This document shows positions 8,856 to 18,470 of a stretch of DNA of 64,000 bases, piece after piece; position 1 is the first letter of the stretch, and every line of letters starts with the position of its first letter. The DNA is from a virus, in the IMG/VR virus record IMGVR_UViG_3300036715_002570, positions 64,001-128,000 of that record. One strand, given 5' to 3'. The notes below the pieces were generated by a model. It had not been told where the DNA came from. It saw nothing but the letters and a program-made list of their open reading frames with translations, and ran no database searches. A program made the position numbers and the translations under genes.

Positions 8856-9032
8856 ATGGCACACTTTCACCGGGACGAGCGGGGCTTGCTCGTCAAATGC
8901 TACCACGAGTCGAAGTCCCAACTTCGCTCCCTTAGCTTTTGGGTTGGGATCACGATCTCATTCCCAATAGAACACTTTATCTGGGAGCATATACCACCTT
9001 TCTCCTGGATCACGCAATCACTAGGGTTGTGA
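8856..9032 (+). CDS. Small membrane protein
   Basis: GGAG RBS; hydrophobic C-terminal half. Confidence 0.5.
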   Translation: MAHFHRDERGLLVKCYHESKSQLRSLSFWVGITISFPIEHFIWEHIPPFSWITQSLGL

Positions 9033-9058
9033 GTGCGGTTATACACAAGAAGAACATC

Positions 9059-9514
9059 ATGACACAACGAATGATCAAGTTTCCGAGCATCAGTCAATTC
9101 CGCAACGTTGTGCACACGGTTGTTAGCCGTGCCCAGTACGTTGGTAAGGATGAGAACGTCGAACCCGTGTTCGACGAAGCAAAGCCGCTGCCTGTCCTGC
9201 CATTTCAAGGCACAACCAAGCTGCACGGGTGCGTTCACGCAGATACTCTGATCACGCTTGCTGATGGATCACGTGAACGGATCAAGGACGTTGTACCGGG
9301 GACATCGGTTCTATCGTACGATGAACACACGCAGCAAATTGTGGTTGATGTTGTGGATTCAGTCATCGTTCAAGAGTTGGACAAGCCTTGGATTGAGTTA
9401 AGTTTCAACAACGGCACTACTCTAAAGTGCACAGTAGACCATCCTCTGCTTACCACGGAAGGTTGGGTTGCGGCCGAAGATATTACCGAAGACCATCAAT
9501 TAATCATCGATTAA
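9059..9514 (+). CDS. RNA ligase (Rnl2-like) N-extein fused to split-intein N-half
   Basis: 57-aa extein ending in motif I ..TKLHG; intein block A CVHADTLITLADG from 9230, block B KCTVDHPLLT; stop after 94 intein residues. Confidence 0.88.
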   Translation: MTQRMIKFPSISQFRNVVHTVVSRAQYVGKDENVEPVFDEAKPLPVLPFQGTTKLHGCVHADTLITLADGSRERIKDVVPGTSVLSYDEHTQQIVVDVVDSVIVQELDKPWIELSFNNGTTLKCTVDHPLLTTEGWVAAEDITEDHQLIID

Positions 9515-9562
9515 CCACCAACTTGGCATAAATGTCTCTACATTGGTTTCATGGAGATATTT

Positions 9563-10399
9563 ATGACAGTAACAGAGACGTGGTTTCAGGGCAAGCGGAG
9601 CATGGATAGGTGCTTGTGTGAAAATTGTGGTGCACAATATATTCAGCGATCTTGTGACACCAGGACACGGCGCGCACGAAAATTGTCAGAGGGATTAGAT
9701 TTGTGTGCCGATTGTACTAAGATGCGACACACAGCCGCTTTGGTTGCAAATGGAATTCGAGCCTTGCGAAAGCGTACCCCTGAGCAGAGAAAACAAGATG
9801 CAGCCAATGCTGGCAGGATTTCAGCGCAGAAGCACGACCCTGCTAAAAGCAGTCGTTTTACAAATGAGCGTTGGAACCAACTTACCCGAGAAGAACAACA
9901 ACGGCGTGTCAAAAAAGCTAGTGCAGCATCTCACGAATTGCTAAAGGACCCCGTCCACGCAGCAGCTCGATATGCAAAAATCTTTGCACAAGCACAATTA
10001 GGCTACATGTCCAAGGCTCATGCTCAATTGCATGGGTTAATAGAACAATATGGTTTTGAAAGTCACGTTCAAATCAGCGCCATGCAGGTGGATGAATGTA
10101 ACCGACAGTTAAAGATTGTTGTTGAATATAATGGTGATATGTGGCACTGTAATCCAAAAACGTGGCGAGCTGACCAATATAACACTATCATTAAGATGAC
10201 AGCCGGTGAAAAATGGGCCAAGGACCGAGCGCGATATGCTTTCTTACGTAGAGCTGGATACACAGTAATTGTCATCTGGGAAAGTGGTTGGAAATTAGAC
10301 CCACAAAAATACATCGATAGAATAAAGGATACGTATGATGAAATTAGTAAGCAAAAAGAGCATTCAGAGAGAAACGTGCTACGACCTGTCAGTACATAA
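9563..10399 (+). CDS. Freestanding Vsr-like/PD-(D/E)xK homing endonuclease
   Basis: VD..IVVEYNGDMWHCNP..D..R...GYTVIVIWE; N-terminal CxxC pairs. Confidence 0.8.
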   Translation: MTVTETWFQGKRSMDRCLCENCGAQYIQRSCDTRTRRARKLSEGLDLCADCTKMRHTAALVANGIRALRKRTPEQRKQDAANAGRISAQKHDPAKSSRFTNERWNQLTREEQQRRVKKASAASHELLKDPVHAAARYAKIFAQAQLGYMSKAHAQLHGLIEQYGFESHVQISAMQVDECNRQLKIVVEYNGDMWHCNPKTWRADQYNTIIKMTAGEKWAKDRARYAFLRRAGYTVIVIWESGWKLDPQKYIDRIKDTYDEISKQKEHSERNVLRPVST

Positions 10400-11366
10400 T
10401 CATCACAACTTTTTTGCCAACGGTATTTGTGTTCACAATACGAACGCTGCCGTAGCACACCAAGCAGGGACTACGTGGTGTCAATCTCGTGATAACATCA
10501 TTACGATGATGTCGGACAATGCTGGCTTTGCGACGTGGGTCCACTCGCAGCGCGAGTTGTTTGACTGGATGTTCTCGTACCTAAAGGCCGTCCTCAACCC
10601 AACGGATGACCAGGCGATCATGATCTTCGGTGAATGGTGTGGTGGCAGCATTCAAAAGAGCGTCGGGCTGAACCAGCTGCCGAAGATGTTCGTGGTGTTC
10701 AACATCGCCGTCGTTGATGCAGAGGGTGAGAAGGTATGGCATGGTCGACATCTGATCCCCGCCCTGTTCGATGAGATCGAGCTCCAAGGTAAGGCCATTC
10801 CCGCCCTCAAGAATACGTATCAATTTGAGACGTTCGGTATTGAGATCGACTTTGCCCGCGCATATGCAGCTCAGGAACCGTTGGCTGCAATGACGCTCGA
10901 AGTTGAGAAGGTATGCCCTGTCGCCAAGGCCCTCGGCGCTGTTCCCAATGATAAGGGAATAATCGTCGGTGAAGGGATTGTTTGGATATGCACTCACCCT
11001 GACTATCAAGATAGCAGCTATTGGTTCAAGGTGAAGGGCGACGAGCACGCTCCGAAGACAAAGGTCAAGACGCTGGCTGCGGCAGACGTTGTCCGCCTGG
11101 ACTCGATCAACGAGCTTGCGGATTTGCTGTGCCCGACGTGGCGTCTGGAACAGATGTACGAGCAAACGTTCAACACGTTGAATGGCGGTAAGCCAGACAT
11201 CAAGAGGACGGGCGAGTTCATCCGTGCAATGATGGCCGACATCGTCAAAGAGTGTTCCGATGATGTTGCGGCGTCCGGGTTTACCATGAAAGACATTAGT
11301 GGGCGCGTCAGTAAGCACGCACGAGACTATTTGATCAATCAACTGAACGCAGAAGCATTCGGTTGA
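10335..11366 (+). CDS. Split-intein C-half fused to RNA ligase C-extein
   Basis: 35-aa IntC CYDLSVHNHHNFFANGICVHN then +1 Thr (TNAAV); ligase motifs FGEWCG.SIQK, GEGIVW, FKVKG. Confidence 0.88.
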   Translation: MMKLVSKKSIQRETCYDLSVHNHHNFFANGICVHNTNAAVAHQAGTTWCQSRDNIITMMSDNAGFATWVHSQRELFDWMFSYLKAVLNPTDDQAIMIFGEWCGGSIQKSVGLNQLPKMFVVFNIAVVDAEGEKVWHGRHLIPALFDEIELQGKAIPALKNTYQFETFGIEIDFARAYAAQEPLAAMTLEVEKVCPVAKALGAVPNDKGIIVGEGIVWICTHPDYQDSSYWFKVKGDEHAPKTKVKTLAAADVVRLDSINELADLLCPTWRLEQMYEQTFNTLNGGKPDIKRTGEFIRAMMADIVKECSDDVAASGFTMKDISGRVSKHARDYLINQLNAEAFG

Positions 11367-11409
11367 TCCCGTTTTAGGGGTTCAATAAGATTGCGTCATC
11401 TCTAACTCA

Positions 11410-11997
11410 ATGAGAACACCCAACATGAAACCGTTGTTCGTCGACGCTGCCAAAGCACCGTCAATCTCTCAACTCCACGAGCAGACGTCCGTGCCGTATC
11501 CGCACAGCACGGAACTGGCCGTCCAACCTACAACTCCTGTGCGAGCGATCTCAATGTCCGACATCGACAAAGTCGGGCAGCAGACCGAGGTTCGTGTAGG
11601 TGCCACAACCAAGAAGATTCTGGATGGTGCCAAGACAAACGACGCGGGCGAGTTCGGCACCAAGCTGAACGTCCTGATCGCCACAACCAAGGAGCTGAAC
11701 CCGAAGACGATGGGTAAGCAAGGGCTGCTGTCCAAGCTCGTCCACTTCGGCGGCTCTGTCAAGGAGCGGATGTTGTCGGAGTTCGAAAGCGTGACCAAGC
11801 GCATCGAGACGCTGGTCGCAGAACTCGACCGCACGGCTACCCTGGCTGAACAGCGTGCTGACCAGTGCGATGCGCTGTTCGAGGAGAACTACCAGACGTT
11901 CCGCCAACTGGACATCGACAAAGCCACGCTCGCTTCGATGGTTGCCGAACTCAACGCACAACTCGCCAGCCTGCCGCAGGTTTCTTCGCACGGATGA
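11410..11997 (+). CDS. TelA/KlaA toxic-anion-resistance-like protein, N-terminal part
   Basis: Coiled coil with GLLSKL..FESVTKRIETLV..LFEEN pattern. Confidence 0.65.
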   Translation: MRTPNMKPLFVDAAKAPSISQLHEQTSVPYPHSTELAVQPTTPVRAISMSDIDKVGQQTEVRVGATTKKILDGAKTNDAGEFGTKLNVLIATTKELNPKTMGKQGLLSKLVHFGGSVKERMLSEFESVTKRIETLVAELDRTATLAEQRADQCDALFEENYQTFRQLDIDKATLASMVAELNAQLASLPQVSSHG

Positions 11998-12365
11998 CGC
12001 AGGACGCCCCCGTCGATCCGAGCACGTTCCGTCCCCGCTTGACCCTGATGGCTACTCGCTTGCCTACAATCCTGGCGGAGTGCGAAGACCATGCGGAGAA
12101 GTGCAAGGCGAACCAGCGTGACATGGCGCTCAAGCTCGCCGTGCTGGTTGCCGCTGTCGACAGTGCAGGGACGATTTCTGACAACACCCTTGATTCGGCA
12201 ATCTACAATCGCCGTCAACTGCTCCAGCAGGGGTGTATGCAGTCCAAACTGATCGTCCAGCAACTGGAAGCGAATATGCAGGCGATCATCGACCTGCGTA
12301 CCGCCGTCGATCAAATGCTGAACATCACCCTTCCGCAGTTCGAGGCGGCCCGAACCCGCAGTTGA
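11994..12365 (+). CDS. TelA-like C-terminal part / partner
   Basis: ATGA overlap with the preceding ORF; RRQLLQQ..N..I..ITLPQF resembles the TelA C-terminal region. Confidence 0.5.
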   Translation: MTQDAPVDPSTFRPRLTLMATRLPTILAECEDHAEKCKANQRDMALKLAVLVAAVDSAGTISDNTLDSAIYNRRQLLQQGCMQSKLIVQQLEANMQAIIDLRTAVDQMLNITLPQFEAARTRS

Positions 12366-12390
12366 CTCTTACCCCAATTGCGAGTAAGAT
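12362..12390 (+). promoter_or_regulatory. Sigma70-like promoter
   Basis: TTGACT-17-TAAGAT. Confidence 0.6.
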
Positions 12391-12423
12391 GCCCGCATCA
12401 ACAACGAGCTGAGGATTCTCACT

Positions 12424-12654
12424 ATGATCAAGTCCACGATTCTGCCGCAAGTGATGGATCGCCTGGAAACCGTGACGTTCGACGTGAACAACCGTGAACA
12501 CCTCGAAGCGTTCCGCATGCTGACCGATCGTCGCAACTCGCGCCAACATCCCCGTCTCCGCTTCCGACTGGAACACCCGTACATTGACGTCCGTGCGATG
12601 CTGTACGACAAGGTCGGCCAAGCGTTCCTTGCTTCGCAAGGACTCACTGCCTGA
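12424..12654 (+). CDS. Hypothetical protein
   Basis: GAGG RBS, promoter upstream. Confidence 0.55.
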   Translation: MIKSTILPQVMDRLETVTFDVNNREHLEAFRMLTDRRNSRQHPRLRFRLEHPYIDVRAMLYDKVGQAFLASQGLTA

Positions 12655-12916
12655 AATGTCAACCTTCTACGACACTGCAGATCGACACTGCAGTCGAAAG
12701 AAGCGGTAATCGGGTTGCTCATATATACCAGCATGAGCACAAAAGATCTTGAACAAGTCAAGTTAGCAGCTACCGTGGCACGCCTGGAAAAGGTTGTCTC
12801 GGCGCTGCTAATCCGCGTTGCGACCCTGGAAAAAGAGACAAAGCGCCTGCGCGGGAGCGTCGGACGTGCTACAGACCAAGTCGGCTACTTAGACCGACGT
12901 ACACAGGGGAAATAAG

Positions 12917-13303
12917 ATGTGGTTGACATTATTACGCATGTGGTGGAAGCCAATTGCAGCCGTACTTTTGATCGTCGCGGTCTATGGCTATTGGGCTCAT
13001 CTCGAGAGCACAATTGAAGGGCAGCAGAAGACGATCGTCACTCTGCAAACATCCGTTGCAACGCTGCAAGCCAACAACGAGAAGCTGAACGCAACCGTAC
13101 AAGCCAACAGCGACGCTGTTGTTAAGCTGGCGGAAGGCACGCAGCAAACCGTTCAGGGGTTTGCTGCGCTGCAGAACACCGTCACTGCACGTACTGGCAC
13201 ATTGCAATCGCAGTTGCGTGGTATCTTGGCTGAAAAGAAGCCACAGACTTGTGATGACACGATCAAGTATCTGATCGACGCGGCACAAGGATACCACAAA
13301 TGA
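12917..13303 (+). CDS. i-spanin (Rz-like)
   Basis: N-terminal TM helix, long coiled coil, late Cys; adjacent lipoprotein. Confidence 0.75.
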   Translation: MWLTLLRMWWKPIAAVLLIVAVYGYWAHLESTIEGQQKTIVTLQTSVATLQANNEKLNATVQANSDAVVKLAEGTQQTVQGFAALQNTVTARTGTLQSQLRGILAEKKPQTCDDTIKYLIDAAQGYHK

Positions 13304-13686
13304 AAACCCATCTGATTGCTCTATGCATGTGTTTAGCAATTGCTGGTTGCAGTACGCTTCCGGCACACGATCATGTTGTCGTTGCTGATAAGCCGGTAGC
13401 GGTAATCCCCGCGCCACCGGAAACGCCGAAATTCGTCTCCCAAGTTGATAAGCTAGTTCCTACTGACGCTGCCGATCCTGGCAAGGTGGGGGTCGCGTAC
13501 AAATACGACATGACAGCGCTTCGTGAGATCAATTCGATTCTCGAAGCGATCATCGATCAGTACCGTTCCGGATCTGCGAACTTCGACAAAGTGAACGCAC
13601 AAATCACAGCACTTTACCAGCACGTCAACGGTAATCCTGCTGTTGCTCCTGCAACTCCCGCTTCCGCTGCATCTGCCCCGCGTTGA
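13300..13686 (+). CDS. o-spanin (Rz1-like lipoprotein)
   Basis: Lipobox LAIAG-C, Pro-rich segment; ATGA-type overlap with i-spanin. Confidence 0.75.
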   Translation: MKTHLIALCMCLAIAGCSTLPAHDHVVVADKPVAVIPAPPETPKFVSQVDKLVPTDAADPGKVGVAYKYDMTALREINSILEAIIDQYRSGSANFDKVNAQITALYQHVNGNPAVAPATPASAASAPR

Positions 13687-13738
13687 CAAAACGGGGAAAA
13701 TTGGGGTATGATTATTTACCCTAATTCAGGAGATTGTC

Positions 13739-14368
13739 ATGAGTTGGTTTTGGTTTAGCAAGAAAAAGCCCCCCGAGTACGACTACTGGTCTGATGCCGA
13801 GTTGGGTGTGCCGGACCCACAGTACACGCTGGCTGAAATGGCGGCTATCGATGGCAAGGTACAGCCGTGGATGTTGTATCTGTTGGAGCACAACACCCCG
13901 TGCTTCGACGACCGTTACCCGCAGTCGGATGAGCGCCATTACTTGGGCGGGCCGCCGCGTGCACCGATCATGGCCTACCTGAAGGCACATCCGCATACGT
14001 CGTTGAATAGCACGTCTCTGCTGATTCATCTGACGACCGGGGAGGCGCAAGCCGAGCGAGAACTTGAGGAGCGTGAGCGGGTCTGCGGCTCGTACGGGAT
14101 GTCCGCTGAAGAACGCGCAGAGGTGCTCGCCCGCCGTGCGGCCGAGATCATGTGGATGCTCGGACAGGCGGACGATGCTTCCGATATCCAATTCCGGATG
14201 ATGCTCGCTGAAGGTGACAACAAGCGGGCGGTTGCACGACAGTTGGAGAACATTCGCACTGCAATCGATCGCAGCGCAGTTGGTGCGAACGCGTTGGATC
14301 TTGCAAAGCAGCATCCTGTGATCACGGCTGTTCTGGCAGAGCTTGCGATCAATGCACTGAAACGCTGA
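13739..14368 (+). CDS. Hypothetical protein
   Basis: AGGAG RBS; TTGACA-18-TATGAT promoter at 13683-13712. Confidence 0.6.
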   Translation: MSWFWFSKKKPPEYDYWSDAELGVPDPQYTLAEMAAIDGKVQPWMLYLLEHNTPCFDDRYPQSDERHYLGGPPRAPIMAYLKAHPHTSLNSTSLLIHLTTGEAQAERELEERERVCGSYGMSAEERAEVLARRAAEIMWMLGQADDASDIQFRMMLAEGDNKRAVARQLENIRTAIDRSAVGANALDLAKQHPVITAVLAELAINALKR

Positions 14369-14403
14369 CGCCATAAATACGCCACACAAGGGAGTGGCGT
14401 ATT

Positions 14404-14682
14404 ATGGTGTTACAGGATCTGCTGGAGGCAAAGGGTGAGTTTGAAACCTTGAAGGACAACAAGGTAGCTCTGACACCTGAAGAACGTAAGCAGTGTCTGG
14501 ATCAAGACGCCGTATGGCATCATGGCCAAAACGGTGCACCATCGCCTGCCGTCTGGAAGTCTGTCAATCCACGATCGAAGAAGGTGACTTACGTCACCAA
14601 CACCCATCGTGCATACAATACAGCTCCAACGCTAAAAGGTGCTATTCGCCGCTTCCATGAGTTCATTAAGGACACAGCATGA
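14404..14682 (+). CDS. Late hypothetical (possible head) protein
   Basis: CATAAATA at 14372-14379; N-terminal LxxLLE. Confidence 0.6.
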   Translation: MVLQDLLEAKGEFETLKDNKVALTPEERKQCLDQDAVWHHGQNGAPSPAVWKSVNPRSKKVTYVTNTHRAYNTAPTLKGAIRRFHEFIKDTA

Positions 14683-15413
14683 GCGGACCAGGCAACGACA
14701 ATGAGTTTTCGAAGCAATCTTCAGAAATGAAGATTCCGTCTCAGTACGACAACCGTGATTGGGGCAAGGCGACAAAGATCGTCAAACGGAAGGTCACGAC
14801 AAAAGATAGCGGGGATCCATCGAAGGAGTATGGATCGAAGGCGATTATGACCAAAGAAGAACACAAGCCATCGTTTACCGACTTCCTACTGGGTGAAGGC
14901 TCTGACATTTCAACGCTGCCCGACTCAGTGATCGCTGAGATCAAGAAGAACATTCGCACAGGTGCCAAAGATTTGGTACAGAAGTGGAAGAATGCTCTTG
15001 AACTACTCCACAAAGCATATCAAGTTGCAAACGTTCGTCGCCCAACGCCTGATCAGAAAGGTGCTTGGAAGCAGTACAACGATCTGATTCAATTCGCTGT
15101 CCGTCAGCTAGTCGCAACACGCGGTCTAGATGGAGAGTGGCGCACGTCGCAAATCCTCGTCCGGGAGGACATGGAGCAGAACCATATTGGTTCGAAGCGT
15201 TTCTTTGTTGAAATTCCTGGTGAGCGTGCTCAAGAAGTTGATGGCAAGAATATGGACGAGATCATTGATGCGATCTCAAACAAGATCCGCAACAGCAAAC
15301 ACGTAACAGGAACAAAGGTTCGTGTTGAAGAGCGGTCCAAGGAACACGCGATTCTGACTGTGTGGGTCAACGACATCAAACGTGAACGGATTGTGATCAA
15401 ACAGGTATCGTAA
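14679..15413 (+). CDS. Hypothetical protein
   Basis: 244-aa ORF coupled by ATGA. Confidence 0.65.
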   Translation: MSGPGNDNEFSKQSSEMKIPSQYDNRDWGKATKIVKRKVTTKDSGDPSKEYGSKAIMTKEEHKPSFTDFLLGEGSDISTLPDSVIAEIKKNIRTGAKDLVQKWKNALELLHKAYQVANVRRPTPDQKGAWKQYNDLIQFAVRQLVATRGLDGEWRTSQILVREDMEQNHIGSKRFFVEIPGERAQEVDGKNMDEIIDAISNKIRNSKHVTGTKVRVEERSKEHAILTVWVNDIKRERIVIKQVS

Positions 15414-15468
15414 CGCCTGAAAAAGACGGTGTAAATAAAATATCCTGACCTAACGGAAAGGATACACC

Positions 15469-15876
15469 ATGTCAATCATTTACGGTACATCAGCCTCCAC
15501 ACTAAAGTCTAACTTGCCACCGGTTGAAGAGTTGGGGTCGTGCCGCCACGACCCCGCTTTTTCTGGGGTTTACGACGCTTCTATGCTGTCAACGCTAGCA
15601 CATTACCGTAGTGTAATTCAACACCTAGAAACGGACCTCAACCAAAAAACGGGCCAAATTGCAAGTCTCCAGGCTCGTGTAATCAAGATGGGTCGTGAAA
15701 TGTGTGACAATCAGCCACGGAATAGTATGGTAATCAACAATATTGTTGAGCAACTGACCCACGGAGAACTGACGAGTCGCGACGTTGAAGCATACCGCAA
15801 TGTTGGTGGGCGGATCGCCTTGCGTTGGGCTGAAGACCCAATTGAAGCTTACGATCGCGCAATGAAGGTTTGTTGA
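15469..15876 (+). CDS. Hypothetical protein with C-terminal EDPIEAYDRAMKVC tag
   Basis: AAGGA RBS; C-terminal motif shared with 1794..2198. Confidence 0.6.
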   Translation: MSIIYGTSASTLKSNLPPVEELGSCRHDPAFSGVYDASMLSTLAHYRSVIQHLETDLNQKTGQIASLQARVIKMGREMCDNQPRNSMVINNIVEQLTHGELTSRDVEAYRNVGGRIALRWAEDPIEAYDRAMKVC

Positions 15877-15925
15877 TCTTTAGTTCATATGCATAAATAG
15901 ATATGTACCAATTTAGGAGGTGCAT

Positions 15926-16684
15926 ATGAACTCAAAGCGAGGCGGTAGCCGAAAGAAGTGGACAAATGAGGTTATTGACGAATTTCTTCGTGGTGGTACA
16001 TTTGTCCGTCTAACAGATACTACAAATGTATCCCAACCGTCAACGACTCCACTGCAGTGGAAGTGCAATACTTGCAGCCATATATGGCTCGCGCGCGTTG
16101 ACAACATCGTTTGGAAACGATCAGGGTGTCCTAGGTGTGCAGGTAACGTTGCGTACACCATTGAGACCTTTCAATCTAAGTTGGCGGTGCAGGACCGTAC
16201 TGATCTCCGTGCTGTTGCATTACATCCATCATCAGCTACCGAAAAATACAGAATGGCTGATTTTGAATGTTTAAACTGCAACCACACTTGGTCCGCCAAC
16301 GTATTCAACGTGCTGAAATTTAGATATGGTTGTCCACTGTGTAATGATAACGTTAGTTCCCGCGTAGTAGACGCATCTGGAAACAAGTTTCATTCGAAAC
16401 TTGAGTACTATTTCTGGAAGCAGTACCAATCAATTCCCGGATTGCCCACTGTGATTCGCCAGCAGAGATATCTAAGTGTGAGGAGATTGACGTGCGACTA
16501 CTTTATTCCTGAATTGCAGTGGTGGATTGAGGTTAGTGGAACGGTTCTCCTTAACCAAGGCAAATATTCTTCAACCATAGAAGAGAAGCGTCAGATCACC
16601 CTTGATAAGGGGCATCGCTTTACAGTACTGTCATCTTTCATGGAAATAGATGCTTTCATAACTAAAATAAAGGATAGAGCATGA
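15926..16684 (+). CDS. Zn-ribbon + PD-(D/E)xK homing endonuclease
   Basis: Repeated WKC..C.H.W...GCP.C; SKLE..CDYFI..WIEV; late box and RBS hairpin upstream. Confidence 0.75.
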   Translation: MNSKRGGSRKKWTNEVIDEFLRGGTFVRLTDTTNVSQPSTTPLQWKCNTCSHIWLARVDNIVWKRSGCPRCAGNVAYTIETFQSKLAVQDRTDLRAVALHPSSATEKYRMADFECLNCNHTWSANVFNVLKFRYGCPLCNDNVSSRVVDASGNKFHSKLEYYFWKQYQSIPGLPTVIRQQRYLSVRRLTCDYFIPELQWWIEVSGTVLLNQGKYSSTIEEKRQITLDKGHRFTVLSSFMEIDAFITKIKDRA

Positions 16685-17529
16685 GTAAATTTGTCAAGCA
16701 ACCGTCGTTTTGCTACATTGCCCCAACAGCATATCTGAAAGACTATGCCACGGCAAGCAAGACGCATCTCGTGCTTGCACACTTAGTTGACTCTGATGAA
16801 GGTTATGCGGCGTTTTACCACGAACGTTCCGCCGCAGGAGACTTCATTATGGCAGACAACAGCGCCTATGAACTTAAGGAACCTTACTCGCCGGATAAGT
16901 TAATCGAATTAGGTCACAAGTGCGGCGCGAATGCGATTGTTCTCCCTGACTATCCGTTCCAGCCGAGCATCACAACGATTCATGCCGCTGAGAAGTTTGC
17001 TCCTCTGTTCAAGGCTGCCGGGTTCCACACGTTCTTCGTTCCTCAGTCGCAACCAGGGGATCTTGAAGATTGGATTCACGCATATACGTGGGCTGATCAG
17101 AACCCCGACATCGACATCATCGGCATGTCGATCCTCGGCATCCCCAACGCCATGCCTCACATCGAGCCCGCCTACGCTCGCGTCGTGATGACGCAATTGC
17201 TGAAGGACCGTGGCATCTTCTCTTCCAAGCATCACCACTATCTTGGTCTCAATTCTGGTCCTGCGCTAGAAGTTCCGTCCTTGCTGCGGATGGGCGTGCT
17301 GGACACGATCGATAGCTCAAATCCTGTATGGATGGGCATTCTTGGTCATGAATACACCAAGAACGCTGATTCGTTCCTGGCTACGCGCAAGATCAATCTT
17401 CCCGTTGACTTCAGTCAGAAGCTGACGCGTGACAAGGCTACGATGCAGCGCATTGCAAACAATGTCGCTCTGACGCAAGAGCTGTTCAACATTCCACAGG
17501 TAATCTCTCCTTGGTACGCCCAGGAGTAA
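16681..17529 (+). CDS. TGT-fold transglycosylase (DpdA/queuine tRNA-ribosyltransferase-like)
   Basis: MADNSAYE, VLPD, FVPQ, HHYLG, IDSS pattern; queD and queE in the same window. Confidence 0.55.
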   Translation: MSKFVKQPSFCYIAPTAYLKDYATASKTHLVLAHLVDSDEGYAAFYHERSAAGDFIMADNSAYELKEPYSPDKLIELGHKCGANAIVLPDYPFQPSITTIHAAEKFAPLFKAAGFHTFFVPQSQPGDLEDWIHAYTWADQNPDIDIIGMSILGIPNAMPHIEPAYARVVMTQLLKDRGIFSSKHHHYLGLNSGPALEVPSLLRMGVLDTIDSSNPVWMGILGHEYTKNADSFLATRKINLPVDFSQKLTRDKATMQRIANNVALTQELFNIPQVISPWYAQE

Positions 17530-17543
17530 AAAGAAGAAAAACC

Positions 17544-18137
17544 ATGTTGATTGACGTAAAAGCACTTGCTGAAGACTACACATACGTAGGTATCGTCGAA
17601 CGAACAATCGGTAAGCTGATCGGGAATCTCGTAGACCTTCCCGTCACAGACTTCACTGAAGATGTCGCTCGTCCAGAATATGACTTCCTCGTAGGCGATC
17701 TGCCTGTGGAGTTGAAGATTACAGACGGGTTCATGATCCCCGTGGAAATGTCGAAGGGCGAAGATGGATCCGTGCCATCTGGAGTTGCCGTAACCAAGGC
17801 ACCGTACGTCCTGTACATTTCTAACGGGCGAGCTCGCGACGAAGAAGGTGAAGGCCATCCTGCTGCGAAGGTCCGCCTGTTTGAGACAAATTGGCTGATC
17901 AAGACAGCCAAGCAAATCGAACCACGTCGCTTCAAAGGCCCGAAGGCCTCTGAGGATGCCAATGTCCACTATATCAAGGGCCCTTGGCACAACAAGGATA
18001 TCTGGCTCGGTGACATGCAGTATGCAGAGTCTGGTGGCAGGTGGTTCATTGACACAGACACATTCACACCGTCGCGACAAGCGATCGGTGCAATCCAACT
18101 CTTAGAACAGGAGTACCGTGATGGCTCTTTTGACTGA
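17544..18137 (+). CDS. Putative PD-(D/E)xK nuclease-like protein
   Basis: E..YDFLV..VELK motif. Confidence 0.45.
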   Translation: MLIDVKALAEDYTYVGIVERTIGKLIGNLVDLPVTDFTEDVARPEYDFLVGDLPVELKITDGFMIPVEMSKGEDGSVPSGVAVTKAPYVLYISNGRARDEEGEGHPAAKVRLFETNWLIKTAKQIEPRRFKGPKASEDANVHYIKGPWHNKDIWLGDMQYAESGGRWFIDTDTFTPSRQAIGAIQLLEQEYRDGSFD

Positions 18138-18438
18138 ACGACAAGTGTTTGCGGCAATTAGCCAAGAACGACAACACCAACGCAACAAGTACGGTCCTGA
18201 CCGTCAGCAATCGTTACCAGGCTTCCTGCTGATCGCCAAGCGTGAGCTCGACGAGGCAATTGAAGGCTGGAATAAGGACGGCGAAGGCCGCGATTCCCCG
18301 CTCTACGAGCTGTGCCAAGTGGCAGCCGTCTGCGTCGCAGCGATGGAGAAGTATGGCACGATCGGCAACACGATCTCAACAGACGATGTACCCGATACAC
18401 CAATTCAACCGTTTGCGGTTGTCTCCAATATCGTGTAA
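18121..18438 (+). CDS. MazG-like NTP pyrophosphohydrolase-type protein
   Basis: ERQHQRNKYG..ELDEA..ELCQVAAVCVAAME. Confidence 0.55.
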   Translation: MALLTERQVFAAISQERQHQRNKYGPDRQQSLPGFLLIAKRELDEAIEGWNKDGEGRDSPLYELCQVAAVCVAAMEKYGTIGNTISTDDVPDTPIQPFAVVSNIV

Positions 18439-18470
18439 GCTAGTCATCTAACTCTAACAAGGACACATAG

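Noticed and set aside
9514-10335. Group I intron interrupting the RNA ligase
   Set aside because: No space or recognisable P/Q/R/S core; IntN has its own stop and IntC its own RBS and ATG, as expected for a split intein
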